A stretch of DNA of 64,000 nt, from assembly GCA_963668315.1 (NCBI GenBank), contig OY764216.1:3232001-3296000 (forward strand). Direction: 5' to 3'. Within the stretch, counting starts at the first letter, position 1. Each line of letters begins with the position of its first letter. A program made the translations under genes and the position numbers. This document shows positions 39,748-49,934 of the stretch, in pieces. The notes beneath the pieces were generated by a model. It was not told the origin of the DNA. It was given only the letters and a program-made list of their open reading frames with translations, and ran no database searches. This DNA comes from Spirochaetia bacterium. Its GTDB lineage: Bacteria > Spirochaetota > Spirochaetia > DSM-2461.

Positions 39748-39830
39748 TGGCTAATCCAGGTACTGGCTAATCCAACGTTATTATATAATGGCTAACACGC
39801 AACCAGGCTAAGCCGCATACATGCTAACCT
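39748..39830. repeat. Five GCTAA-core direct repeats with 16-bp spacing upstream of the ACP gene
   Basis: GCTAA at 39750, 39766, 39791, 39807 and 39823; the first two copies are identical TGGCTAATCCA. Confidence 0.75.
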
Positions 39831-39839
39831 GGTGTATCC

Positions 39840-41048
39840 TTAGTCCTCCTGCTTCCGGCCATCCTCTTCCAGAAAATTCCTTATATCACGGGGAGGATCA
39901 AGCAGAGCCCCGCTAATCGAATATCTCCGGGGTTCCGGGTTATTCCGCCCGAGCAGTTCCAGCCGACTAATGACCGAGTCCCGGCCTTTCGAACGAAGAA
40001 GGCTGAAGGGACCCTCTGTCCATCGAGTCCCCAGTTCCATCGCTCGGTCGATCGCCAGGAAATCGGGTGTCAGTCTCTCTTCGACGACACGACAGGCTTC
40101 ATTGATGATTACCGCCATCAGATCATCGGAACAAAATACGGGAGAAGGAGTGTCCTCTATTTTTTGTCCTCTCCCGTCCAGCCGCGGGTTATAATCGGGA
40201 TCAATCGCGGTATTGGCGTAATAATAAATCCCCCGGCCGGATTTTCTTCCAAAAAAGCCCTTGCGGGCGTACTCCCTCAACAGGGGGGCCGGTTCGTAGC
40301 GCCTGTCTTCATCGAACCCGTGATAAAGTCTCTCCGCTGCGGCATGGGTCGTATCAATTCCGATAAGATCGACAAGATTGAAGGGGCCCATGGGAAGAAT
40401 TCCCGAGGCGGCGACCGAAGAATCGATATCAAGTGCTCTCTGTATTAAGTCATCCCCCGAAAGACCTTCGAGCCTGTGGAAAGCTTCATTGACCACGGGT
40501 ATGAGAATGCGGTTGACGATAAACCCGGGAGAATCCCTGCAGAGAACGGCCTCTTTTTTCAGTTCTCCGATGAACTTCATTACCCTTAGCAGATTCTGCT
40601 CATCCAGCGCAGGATGGGTAATGACTTCGACAAGGCGCATAAGAAAGGCGGGATTGAAAAAATGGAGTCCTACCACTCTTTCCGGAACGGCTGAGGCATG
40701 GGCAAGGGATACCACGCTCAGGGAAGATGTATTGCTGGCAAGGATCGTACGGGACGGAGCCAGGCGGCCCATCTGAGAGAAAATCTCAGATTTTATCTCC
40801 AGATTTTCCACCGCCGCCTCTATGGCCAGATCGGCATCCTGAAGGGCTCCTGCGAGAGATTCCGATCCGCTTACCAAATCGGGATTCTGGCTTCTTCGGG
40901 CGCCCTTTTTTATCTGTTCAATAGTATCTGACAGTTTCCCGGCATCCGTATCAAACAGGATGACGGGATATCCCTGCTTGAAAATGGCCTTGGCAATTCC
41001 CATGCCCATGATGCCGGCACCGATAACGGATATCCTGTGTATTTCCAT
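39840..41048 (-). CDS. 3-hydroxyacyl-CoA dehydrogenase (duplicated C-terminal domain)
   Basis: GAGIMG, EAAVE, ASNTSSL, GLHFFNP and PGFIVNR motifs. Confidence 0.9.
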   Translation of the reverse strand: MEIHRISVIGAGIMGMGIAKAIFKQGYPVILFDTDAGKLSDTIEQIKKGARRSQNPDLVSGSESLAGALQDADLAIEAAVENLEIKSEIFSQMGRLAPSRTILASNTSSLSVVSLAHASAVPERVVGLHFFNPAFLMRLVEVITHPALDEQNLLRVMKFIGELKKEAVLCRDSPGFIVNRILIPVVNEAFHRLEGLSGDDLIQRALDIDSSVAASGILPMGPFNLVDLIGIDTTHAAAERLYHGFDEDRRYEPAPLLREYARKGFFGRKSGRGIYYYANTAIDPDYNPRLDGRGQKIEDTPSPVFCSDDLMAVIINEACRVVEERLTPDFLAIDRAMELGTRWTEGPFSLLRSKGRDSVISRLELLGRNNPEPRRYSISGALLDPPRDIRNFLEEDGRKQED

Positions 41049-41057
41049 CCTGTCCTC

Positions 41058-42026
41058 CTAGGTTCCGGAAAAAAGGGGAAGCCTCTCCTCCCTAAGCGCC
41101 CCAATTCCTTCCCGGCAGTCCTCCGTGCGGAAAAGGAGGAGGAAAAGGGCCTTCTCCATAGCCAGCCCGAAGGGGTAGTCTCCCATATCGGTATGGCGGT
41201 AGAGAAAGTCCACCGCCTCCCTGGCCATCGGCGCCGGGCCGCCTTCCAAGGGATTCCGAGGGGGACGGAACGAATCATGGAACAGTGCGGCTAAAGCCTC
41301 GGGATCCTTTTCAAAGGCCTCCGATCTGACAGGGGGATTTTTTTTTCTTTTCCAGTCCGTCCGCAAGCGGTTGAATGCCTCTCTGAGCAGATCCGGCGGT
41401 TCGCACAGGGCATCGACCAGTCCCAGGTCCAAGGCGTCTTTCGGGCCGATTTCGGCAAATCCCCTCTGAATTATATCGCGTGCCTTATCCTCGCCGATGA
41501 GTTTTCTGAGGTTCTGTGTTCCTCCCATGGCCGGAATAATACCCAGCGTGACTTCGGGAAGTCCCATCATGACATTCTCCCGGGTGGAGCTGAGGCGGTA
41601 GTCACAGGCCATGGCTGTTTCAAGTCCGCCGCCCAGAGTCAGGCCGTTAAGGGCCGCACAAACCGGCTTGGGAAAGTTCTGAATCTGTATGACTAAGGCC
41701 TGAGCCCTTTCGATAAAATCCCGGCAGGCCTTCTCATCAATTTCCAGGAGCAGCTCGATCTTCGCTCCCCGGGAAAAAGCCACACGGTGGGCGCTTGTAA
41801 GGATAACACCGCCCAATGAAGAATCAACGGCCGCTTCGGTCAGAATAAGGTTCAATTCGTTGAACATCCTCTCATCAAGGTGGTTTCCCGAGATGCGATG
41901 CTGTTTTTTGTCATCCTTGAACTTATGCAAGGCAATAAGGAGAATGTTCTCCTGACGATAGATGTCGAGATCCCTGAATGCCGTTTCCTTAAGGGTATAA
42001 CCGGCTTGTTCAAAGGGGGATATCAT
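41058..42026 (-). CDS. Enoyl-CoA hydratase/isomerase family protein
   Basis: GGGLETAMACD and GLPEVTLGIIPAMGGTQ (both catalytic Glu present). Confidence 0.88.
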   Translation of the reverse strand: MISPFEQAGYTLKETAFRDLDIYRQENILLIALHKFKDDKKQHRISGNHLDERMFNELNLILTEAAVDSSLGGVILTSAHRVAFSRGAKIELLLEIDEKACRDFIERAQALVIQIQNFPKPVCAALNGLTLGGGLETAMACDYRLSSTRENVMMGLPEVTLGIIPAMGGTQNLRKLIGEDKARDIIQRGFAEIGPKDALDLGLVDALCEPPDLLREAFNRLRTDWKRKKNPPVRSEAFEKDPEALAALFHDSFRPPRNPLEGGPAPMAREAVDFLYRHTDMGDYPFGLAMEKALFLLLFRTEDCREGIGALREERLPLFSGT

Positions 42027-43996
42027 GAAAGGCCTCCTTTTTCCTTCCCCTTTTCATGGTAGTTCTTATAGAGGGAGCGAATCAGTTTTCCGTCCCTTTT
42101 CATGACCTGATTCCGTTTGACTTTAAACGTATGGGTCAGGGTTTCGTCCTCCGTGGAAAAGGGAAGGGTAAAGGCGAAGTTGACGATGGTTTCAATCTCT
42201 TTGAAGCCGTTTTTCACAGAGATTTTTTCATCGATGATCTTTTTGAAAGCACTGTGGATTTCGGGATTGCTGCTTAAGGAGGGGATATTGTCTTTATCAA
42301 AGCGGATGTTTTTCTCAAGGCACAATTGCTTAAGCCTATCCTCTTCGGGGACTATCAGGGCGGTAAGGGTTTCCTGATCCTGGCCGCATATCATCACCTG
42401 ATCTATGGCTTCCGACTCAAGGAGTACCGCCTCCAGCGGTACCGGTTCCAGGTTTTCCCCTCCGATCAGAACGATCGTGTCTTTGATTCTTCCTATGATG
42501 CTCAGGTCTCCCGTTTTCCTGCGGATCACCAGATCGCCCGTGTTGAACCATTTCTTTCCCTGTGAATCGGTTTCCATGACCCTGTCGGTCTCTTCCTTGT
42601 TGTTATAGTAGCCCTCCATGACCTGGGGACCGCTCACCCAGAGTGTCCCCATTGAGCTGTCTTCAACGGTAAGTCCCGTCTCATCGCGGATTTGAATCTC
42701 CGTTTCCGGGACGGGAATTCCTACGGTATAGGGGATTCTGTTGTCAAAGGTACGGCAGCAGAGCACGGGAGAAGTTTCGGTCAGGCCGTACCCCTCGAGG
42801 AGGGTGACTCCGATGGTTTCGAAAAAATCGTCTATATAAACGGGGAGGGAACCGCCTCCCGATACTCCCGCCTTGAAGGAAGAGCCCAGTTTGGCCCTGA
42901 CCTTGCTGTAGATGAGCTTGTCCGCAGCAAAATGGAGGAGATGGTCGAGAAAGGAGGCCCGGGGTTCCTCCGGCGTTTCATCTATGGAAAGGCACAGGCG
43001 GTTTTGCTTAAAACGTTTCGCCCTTGTTACATTAAGGCTGTGTCTGTACAGTTTATTGAAAAGCTCCTCTTTTCCTTTCTGCCTTAACATCCGCTTGACG
43101 CCGCTGTAGACGCTGATCCAGATGCGGGGGACACTGACGAGATAGGTGGGATTTACCAGTAGAAGATCTTTGAGAATGGTAAGCTTATCGGTGTACCAGA
43201 GAGACGCACCGACGCTCAGAACCATGTACTCCAGTGTTCGTTCGAAGACATGCCAGATGGGGAGGATGGAGAGGAAACGGTCGGAGGAGTCCACATGAAG
43301 AAGGGTGGGAATATGGCGGACATTATGCATGATATTCCCGTGTTTCAAAGGGATTCCCTTGGGAATTCCCGTGGTGCCCGAGGTATACATGAGTGTCGCC
43401 CGGTCTTCCTCTTTCGTATTTCGTCTTCTTTTCTGAAACTCGTCCGAACGATTGGAGCCCTTGCCCAGGGTCAGGAGGTAATCATAGGAAAAGAGTCCTT
43501 TCTCCGGATCGATCTCCTCGAAATTCCGGTCAAGAACCACGAAGGTTTTCGTATATTCCAGTTCCCGGGAAACGGCGTGCATGCGATGCAGGACCTGGGC
43601 ATTTTCCAGAAAGGCCATTTCGCATCGGGAGTGATTCAAAATGAAGATCAACTCCCTGTCCGTGGAGGAAACGCCCCGGGGAATATCGTATCCGCCGTTT
43701 CCCAGGAGGGCCATATCGACTGTGAGCCACCGGCGGCTGTTTTCCGCAATGAGGGCGGCCCCCTGTCCCGGTTGGAAGCCCAGCTCGATAAGAGCGCAAC
43801 CCAGCGTGACTATCTCTTCTTCAACTTCTCCGTAGGTGAGGGAATGAAATGACGCCGATTCGGTAATTTTGCCGTTCGGCAGGGTTATTGTTTCCGATTG
43901 CCTGAGCCCTAATGCGGGTTTCGTCGAGTAATGATTCACGGTATGCATCCACATTTCATTAATGGAGCTGAGGCGGTGTTCCTTACTCTCTTTCAT
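42023..43996 (-). CDS. Long-chain fatty acid AMP ligase (acyl-CoA or acyl-ACP synthetase, Aas/AAE15-like)
   Basis: YTSGTTGIPKG, GYGLTE, TGD and GRIKDTIVLIGGENLEP motifs; ATG 43996 follows GAGGT. Confidence 0.88.
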   Translation of the reverse strand: MKESKEHRLSSINEMWMHTVNHYSTKPALGLRQSETITLPNGKITESASFHSLTYGEVEEEIVTLGCALIELGFQPGQGAALIAENSRRWLTVDMALLGNGGYDIPRGVSSTDRELIFILNHSRCEMAFLENAQVLHRMHAVSRELEYTKTFVVLDRNFEEIDPEKGLFSYDYLLTLGKGSNRSDEFQKRRRNTKEEDRATLMYTSGTTGIPKGIPLKHGNIMHNVRHIPTLLHVDSSDRFLSILPIWHVFERTLEYMVLSVGASLWYTDKLTILKDLLLVNPTYLVSVPRIWISVYSGVKRMLRQKGKEELFNKLYRHSLNVTRAKRFKQNRLCLSIDETPEEPRASFLDHLLHFAADKLIYSKVRAKLGSSFKAGVSGGGSLPVYIDDFFETIGVTLLEGYGLTETSPVLCCRTFDNRIPYTVGIPVPETEIQIRDETGLTVEDSSMGTLWVSGPQVMEGYYNNKEETDRVMETDSQGKKWFNTGDLVIRRKTGDLSIIGRIKDTIVLIGGENLEPVPLEAVLLESEAIDQVMICGQDQETLTALIVPEEDRLKQLCLEKNIRFDKDNIPSLSSNPEIHSAFKKIIDEKISVKNGFKEIETIVNFAFTLPFSTEDETLTHTFKVKRNQVMKRDGKLIRSLYKNYHEKGKEKGGLS

Positions 43997-44117
43997 GCTA
44001 ACTACCTCACTATTAATTTTAAGGGTACCGAAGCCCGATAGCAAATAGAAAGGCGGTTTATCTTGGATAATTTATGAACGGTCTGCTTCCGGAAGCCGCA
44101 GACTTCACTGGGAAAAT

Positions 44118-44168
44118 AAGGATAGCCTCCCTTCCTGTCTGATAGTGAGCGGGGAGGAGGCTATCCTT
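44118..44168 (-). terminator. Hairpin/terminator after the GH3 beta-glucosidase gene
   Basis: Perfect 13-bp inverted repeat AAGGATAGCCTCC/GGAGGCTATCCTT. Confidence 0.65.
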
Positions 44169-44177
44169 TCAACAGCT

Positions 44178-46211
44178 TCAGCTGAGATCTTTTTTATTTG
44201 TCAGGAATACCGATTCGGTCAGGCGGATGTCCCGGGAGGATGAGCCCAGACGGATCTCGAACTCTCCCGTTTCCCAGTGCCAGTCTCTGAACACGGTACT
44301 GTAGTAGGAGAAAGCCCTCTCATTCAGCATGAAGGTGACTTCCTTCTCCTCTCCCTTCTTCAGAAAGATCTTTTCAAATCCCTTCAGTTCCTGGAAAGGA
44401 CGGCTGACGCGGGATTCCCAATCCCTCACGTAGAGCTGAACGATCTCCTTTCCCGGCTGGCTTCCCCCGTTCCTGATACGGCAGCTTACTTCCACGGGGA
44501 AGGGAGAGTCTCCCGTATTCGGTTTTACCTTGAGGGCGGAATAGGTGAATTCCGTATAGGAAAGGCCGTGACCGAAGGGGAAGAGAACATCCTTGTTTTT
44601 CGAATCATAATGGCGGTAACCCACGAAAAGTCCCTCATCATAGGGAGCGGTAAAGCCGTTACCCGGATAAGAGGAATAGGCCGGAGTGTCTTCCAGGCGG
44701 AGGGGGAAGGTCTCGGCGGTTTTGCCCGACGGGTTGACCAGGCCGGTCAGAACTTCCGCCGCCGCCCGGCCGCTGCCTTCACCGGCGTACCAGGCAAAGA
44801 GTACCGATTTTACACCGCCGATCCAGGAACTCATATCCACGGCGGAACCGGACTGGAGAACGACGGCCGTATGGCTATTAATCCCCGCGGTTTGCTCGAT
44901 GAGCCGCTCCATGGAAAGGGGCAGTCTGATGCTTTCCCGGTCCCGGGCTTCCGTTTCGGAAGACACGTTGTCTCCCGCAAAGATTATGACCGAATCGGCC
45001 TGACGCGCCGCCGCCATGACAAGGTTGAGCTTGTCAATCTGTATCATGCCCCTTTCGTAAACGTATCCGGGGATATACTCTATCTCGCCTTCCGGTTCGA
45101 TTATATCCTTAAGAACTTCGAGGGAGCTTTCGATCTTTCCGTAATTGACTTCGGAGCTGCCTCCTCCCTGAATGCGGGGTTTTTCGGCGTTTGTACCGAC
45201 GACAAGAATTTTCTGTTTCCTTCCCGGTTTCAGGGGCAGTAGGCTGTCCTCGTTTTTCAGAAGGGTCATCGCTTCCCGTGAGGAGGCCAGTATGATTTCA
45301 CGGTGGGCCGCTTCGTCGGTGGATACGGCACGGCGGGAACGGCTGTCGGCCGCTTTCAGGATAAATGTCAGAAGGCGGGCCACGGCGTCATCCAGCTCCT
45401 CTTCGGTCAGACTGCCCTTTTCCAGTGATTCCTTGAGCTGGGGCAGGTAGTCATCGGTATAGGGCATAGCCAGTTCCAGCGACGCTTTCAGGGCCAGGCT
45501 GCGTTCGTGTACGGCCCACCAGTCGGAGATAACGATACCGTCGAATCCCCACTCCTCCCGGAGAATGGTCCTGAGAAGATAACCGTTTTCACTGCAGTAG
45601 ACACCGTTAAGGCGGTTGTAGGCGCACATGACCGTCCAGGGATCCGCCTCCTTCACGGCCTTCTCAAAGGCGGGCAGGTAAATTTCGCGAAGGGTTCTCT
45701 CATCAATTTCGCTGCTGATCTGAAAACGGTCGAATTCCTGACTGTTGGCGGCGAAATGTTTCAGACTGGTCCCCACGTGGGCTGACTGCACTCCCTTTAT
45801 GTACTCCTTACCCAGCTCACCCGCCAGAAAAGGGTCCTCCGAATAGTATTCGAAGTTTCTGCCGCAGAGAGGGGTCCTTTTGATATTGACCCCCGGTCCC
45901 AGCAGTATATCCACTCCGGCGGCGCCGGTAATCTCTCCCAGTGCCCTGGCTCCCTTGGATACGAGCTCCCTGTTCCATGTGGCCGACATGGCACAGGAGG
46001 TGGGGAAACAGAGGGCGGGCAGGGTATCCAGCTCCTTGCCCTCATCGTCCAGGCGGACCTGACGCAGTCCGTGGGGACCGTCGGATACGACAACGGAGGG
46101 AATATCCAGTCTTTTGACGGGAAGGGTCTGCCAGATATTGATTCCCGTGAGCAGGGTCATTTTCTCATCCGGGGTAAGGGCGCTGATTAATTCTGCCATT
46201 CGTTCTTCCAT
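44178..46211 (-). CDS. GH3 beta-glucosidase with C-terminal Fn3-like domain
   Basis: SDGPHGLR, GRNFEYYSEDP, KHFAAN, ISDW and FPFGHGLSYT motifs. Confidence 0.92.
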   Translation of the reverse strand: MEERMAELISALTPDEKMTLLTGINIWQTLPVKRLDIPSVVVSDGPHGLRQVRLDDEGKELDTLPALCFPTSCAMSATWNRELVSKGARALGEITGAAGVDILLGPGVNIKRTPLCGRNFEYYSEDPFLAGELGKEYIKGVQSAHVGTSLKHFAANSQEFDRFQISSEIDERTLREIYLPAFEKAVKEADPWTVMCAYNRLNGVYCSENGYLLRTILREEWGFDGIVISDWWAVHERSLALKASLELAMPYTDDYLPQLKESLEKGSLTEEELDDAVARLLTFILKAADSRSRRAVSTDEAAHREIILASSREAMTLLKNEDSLLPLKPGRKQKILVVGTNAEKPRIQGGGSSEVNYGKIESSLEVLKDIIEPEGEIEYIPGYVYERGMIQIDKLNLVMAAARQADSVIIFAGDNVSSETEARDRESIRLPLSMERLIEQTAGINSHTAVVLQSGSAVDMSSWIGGVKSVLFAWYAGEGSGRAAAEVLTGLVNPSGKTAETFPLRLEDTPAYSSYPGNGFTAPYDEGLFVGYRHYDSKNKDVLFPFGHGLSYTEFTYSALKVKPNTGDSPFPVEVSCRIRNGGSQPGKEIVQLYVRDWESRVSRPFQELKGFEKIFLKKGEEKEVTFMLNERAFSYYSTVFRDWHWETGEFEIRLGSSSRDIRLTESVFLTNKKDLS

Positions 46212-46274
46212 TTTTTTTGCACTCCCGTTTTTCTATAATTCTGACCATGAAATCTACAGGAAGTCTCAATATTT

Positions 46275-46306
46275 GACTGGCCATATTTTTTTCTAGGACT
46301 GGTCAT
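46275..46306. promoter_or_regulatory. Putative AraC-type direct-repeat operator
   Basis: GACTGGCCAT (46275) and GACTGGTCAT (46297), 22 bp apart, between the divergent GH3 and AraC genes. Confidence 0.5.
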
Positions 46307-46334
46307 TTTTTGCACTTTTTGATATTTTTCCCCC

Positions 46335-47171
46335 ATGGAACCCTTTCATGAACAGAGACTTTACGACACGGATCTTCCCGTCTACGCCCAGAAGGTTGAA
46401 GATAACAATTATCTGGCCCATTGGCACAGGGACGGAGAGCTGGCCTATGTCCTCAGCGGTAAAATCCGCCTGGGCGCCGACAGGGAGAGCCGTGTGCTTG
46501 AAGCCGGGGGGCTGGCCCTTTTCCCCAGCGACAGGATTCATCATTACGACAGCGGAAGCCTCTCTTCGGAAATCATTATCATTGTTTTCAAGCCATCCGC
46601 CATAGGGCCGGACCATGGCTGGCCCGGAAAGGGGATTCTGAATCAGAGTCTTTTTTCCCGGGAGGAACTGGATTCTTTTCGGACCGGCCTCAGCGGTCAG
46701 CTGAGAGATCTATTCATGAAAATATGGGAGGAACAGGAGAATGGGGAGAAGGGTACCGACCTCATTATCAAAGCCTCCCTACTGGAACTGACAGGTCTTT
46801 TCTACCGTTATCTTCCGGACGGGGAAATCCCGGGGAAGGGTATGAGCAAAGGAGTCCGCCATATCAGGAAAGCCCTGGATTATCTGGAGACGCATTTCGA
46901 TCAGAGTGTGAATCTGGACAGTATGGCCCGGTCTCTGGAACTGAGCCCCTGTCACCTTTCCCGGCTGTTTCAGCGGTACACGGGAATGGGGTACAGGGAG
47001 TATCTCAACCGCATTCGGGTGGAGAAGGCCCGGGAGAGACTCTCCTCCTGTGAGGACAGCCTCACGTCCATTCTGTATGACTGCGGGTTCAGCAGCGTCC
47101 GCACCTTCAACCGGGTCTATAAAAATCTTCGCGGTGAAGCCCCGAGCCTCAGCAGAAAAAAACTGACCTGA
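46335..47171 (+). CDS. AraC family transcriptional regulator
   Basis: Cupin HWH-x3-E motif; C-terminal double HTH with CGFSSVRTFNR. Confidence 0.9.
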   Translation: MEPFHEQRLYDTDLPVYAQKVEDNNYLAHWHRDGELAYVLSGKIRLGADRESRVLEAGGLALFPSDRIHHYDSGSLSSEIIIIVFKPSAIGPDHGWPGKGILNQSLFSREELDSFRTGLSGQLRDLFMKIWEEQENGEKGTDLIIKASLLELTGLFYRYLPDGEIPGKGMSKGVRHIRKALDYLETHFDQSVNLDSMARSLELSPCHLSRLFQRYTGMGYREYLNRIRVEKARERLSSCEDSLTSILYDCGFSSVRTFNRVYKNLRGEAPSLSRKKLT

Positions 47172-47182
47172 CTGCGGAATCT

Positions 47183-48328
47183 TTACTTTCTGGCTGATCC
47201 CGATCGTTTTTTATCTTCATACATCAGCTCATCCATTCTCTTGATGAAACCGTCGATCCCCCTGTCAAGGGAAGGATCATAGATGGCATAGCCTATGCTG
47301 ATGGACAGGGGATATTCCTCATTCGCCTCGGAAAAATTCCTGAACTCCTGGTGTATCCTGTCGATAATCATTTTTATTTCCACTTCCGAACAGTCGGGGA
47401 AGATCGCCACGAACTCGTCTCCCGCGTATCGGGCAAGAATATCAATATTTCTTATCCCCTTTCTAATCGTTTTCGCCACCTGCACCAGGGCTCTATCCCC
47501 TTCCGTATGGCCATAGGTATCATTTATATATTTAAATTTATTCACATCGGCGAGGAAGGCCGCCAGGGGGGCGCCGCTGCTCCGGGATGAGGCTATCAGG
47601 AGCTCAAGATACTCCTCCATCTTTTTCCTGTTGAATATTCCCGTCAGATGGTCGAATGAGAAGCGCCTTTCCAGAATATTCGTGTACAGAAGCAGCAGGG
47701 ATATGATGAGGGAAGGGATGAAAAGGGGCAGCTTCTGGAAAAAGCTCTGAAGGGTTCCGCAGACGATCAGGGGGCTGGAAAAGATCATCAGGCTTTCGAA
47801 TTCCCACAGGGACATATATTTTCTGTTTCTCATTACCCTGAAGACAGAGTAGAGGATATAACCGAACCCGATGACGATGGGAGCGTAGAGATAGGGGCCG
47901 TTCTGGTAATACCCCTGATCATCGATATGGAAAAAGTATCCCCCCCGGAGGGAAAGGAGTACGAACAGGATACTGACCGAAACGGGCAGGGTGATGAGGG
48001 AAACATTCCTCTTCGTCCGGGCGGTTTTATAGATTACCGCATCTACGTAAAAGAAATAGAGAAGAGGGATAATCTGAATCAAGGTGAATGTGAGGACCGA
48101 ACTTAAGAGGAGAAGCCTTCTTCCCGTCAGATCCGTTCTTCCGTTGGTGATGACGAAAAGAGAGTGGGAAAGGAGAATGGCAATGACCAGTTTGAGGTAA
48201 ATGAGAAATAACCGGTATTCCGTATTATTGTGTTCCTTCTCGCTTTTAATATTGGCATACATGATCAAGGCATACTGGGAACAGAAAAAGTTTATGACCA
48301 ATCTCAGCCACATTTCAGGATTATTCAT
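47183..48328 (-). CDS. Membrane diguanylate cyclase (AGDEF variant)
   Basis: Multi-TM N-terminus; DHLTG, FKYINDTYGH and RNID-x4-YAGDEF motifs. Confidence 0.85.
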   Translation of the reverse strand: MNNPEMWLRLVINFFCSQYALIMYANIKSEKEHNNTEYRLFLIYLKLVIAILLSHSLFVITNGRTDLTGRRLLLLSSVLTFTLIQIIPLLYFFYVDAVIYKTARTKRNVSLITLPVSVSILFVLLSLRGGYFFHIDDQGYYQNGPYLYAPIVIGFGYILYSVFRVMRNRKYMSLWEFESLMIFSSPLIVCGTLQSFFQKLPLFIPSLIISLLLLYTNILERRFSFDHLTGIFNRKKMEEYLELLIASSRSSGAPLAAFLADVNKFKYINDTYGHTEGDRALVQVAKTIRKGIRNIDILARYAGDEFVAIFPDCSEVEIKMIIDRIHQEFRNFSEANEEYPLSISIGYAIYDPSLDRGIDGFIKRMDELMYEDKKRSGSARK

Positions 48329-48502
48329 AGGAAAATTATAAGCCCCGATCAGGAGAGATGCAAACCAATTGTTCCTGATCCGTTACTTTATGATTCGGGA
48401 AAAAAGCCCATACCCATGACAGAAGGGGGAAAAAGCGATAAAATGTACCTTTACTACGTCATTTATCGGTAGACTGATTATTATCTGCTGAAGGAGATTT
48501 TT

Positions 48503-49888
48503 ATGCATGAAATTATTTGTCCCCACTGTAAGAAAGCTTTCAAAGTGGATGAAGCCGGTTATGCCGATATTCTGAAGCAGGTCCGGGACAGTGAGTTTGA
48601 AAAGCAGCTGCATGAACGGCTTGAACTGGCCGAGAAGGATAAGCTGAATGCGGTGGCCCTTGCAACGGAGAAAGCCGGAAGTGAAATGCAGAAGACCGCC
48701 GCCGTCAAGGACAGGGAAATTCAGGAACTGAAGTCATTACTGGCCGCCGAGGAAACGGCACGGAAACTGGCCGTGTCACAGGCTGTCAGCAGGGCGGAGA
48801 AAGAGCGGGACGAGCTGGCCGGCAGTCTCAGGCAGGAAAAACAGGAAAAAGAGGCGGCAGAGAGACTGGCCGAAGCCCGGCTGGCAAAGGAGCTGCAGGA
48901 AACGGCTTCGAAGAAGGAAGCTGAGATCCTGGAATTGAAAGCAAAGCTCACCTCCTATGAAATAGAGAAGAAACTGGCCGTATCCACGGCTGTCAGTGTG
49001 GTAGAGAAAGAGAGGGATGAGTTGAGGAACGGGCTCAGGCAGGCCGAGCTGGAAAAGCAGATCTCCGAGAAATCCCTGAAAGACAAATACGAAACCCAGA
49101 TAAAAGACAGGGATGACGCCATTGAGCGGCTTCGGGATATGAAAGCACGCCTCTCCACAAAAATGGTGGGAGAGAGCCTTGAACAGCATTGTGAGACCGA
49201 GTTCAACAGAATTCGGGCGACGGCATTTCCGAGGGCCTATTTTGAGAAGGATAACGATGCCAGCAGCGGCAGCAAGGGGGACTACATCTTCCGTGATTTT
49301 GATGACAGCGGAATCGAGATCGTTTCCATCATGTTTGAGATGAAGAATGAAAACGATACCACGGCGACGAAAAAAAAGAACGAAGATTTTCTCAAAGAAC
49401 TTGATAAGGACCGTAATGAGAAAGGCTGCGAGTTCGCCGTTCTCGTCTCTCTGCTGGAAGCGGACAGTGAGTTGTATAATTCCGGCATTGTTGACGTTTT
49501 TCACCGTTATCCGAAGATGTATGTTATCCGGCCTCAATTCTTTATCCCTATTATTACACTGATGCGCAACGCCGCCATGAAGTCCCTGGAGTATAAGACG
49601 GAGCTTGCCCTTGTAAAAGCGCAAAATATTGATGTCACGAATTTTGAAAGCGACCTTGATAGCTTCAAGACCGCCTTTGCCAAGAACTATGACCTGGCTT
49701 CCCGGAAGTTCCAGACGGCGGTCGATGAAATCGACAAATCCATTACCCATCTTCAGAAAACCAAGGAAGCTCTTCTAAGTACGGATAAGAATCTTCGCCT
49801 TGCCAATGATAAGGCCCAGAATGTAACCGTAAAGAAACTGACGCGGCATAATCCCACCATGGCGGCAAAATTTGACGAACTGAGGTGA
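48503..49888 (+). CDS. DUF2130 coiled-coil protein
   Basis: CPHC N-terminus, coiled coil, [17 protein letters not shown] and FEMKNE motifs. Confidence 0.8.
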   Translation: MHEIICPHCKKAFKVDEAGYADILKQVRDSEFEKQLHERLELAEKDKLNAVALATEKAGSEMQKTAAVKDREIQELKSLLAAEETARKLAVSQAVSRAEKERDELAGSLRQEKQEKEAAERLAEARLAKELQETASKKEAEILELKAKLTSYEIEKKLAVSTAVSVVEKERDELRNGLRQAELEKQISEKSLKDKYETQIKDRDDAIERLRDMKARLSTKMVGESLEQHCETEFNRIRATAFPRAYFEKDNDASSGSKGDYIFRDFDDSGIEIVSIMFEMKNENDTTATKKKNEDFLKELDKDRNEKGCEFAVLVSLLEADSELYNSGIVDVFHRYPKMYVIRPQFFIPIITLMRNAAMKSLEYKTELALVKAQNIDVTNFESDLDSFKTAFAKNYDLASRKFQTAVDEIDKSITHLQKTKEALLSTDKNLRLANDKAQNVTVKKLTRHNPTMAAKFDELR

Positions 49889-49934
49889 AAAACAATTTGA
49901 CAGTGCCTATCTAATTATATATCCTCCATGGCAT

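Noticed and set aside
39748..39830. GCTAA repeats as CIRCE or a mini-CRISPR
   Set aside because: The repeats are direct and short. They do not form TTAGCACTC-N9-GAGTGCTAA, and the units are far too short for CRISPR.
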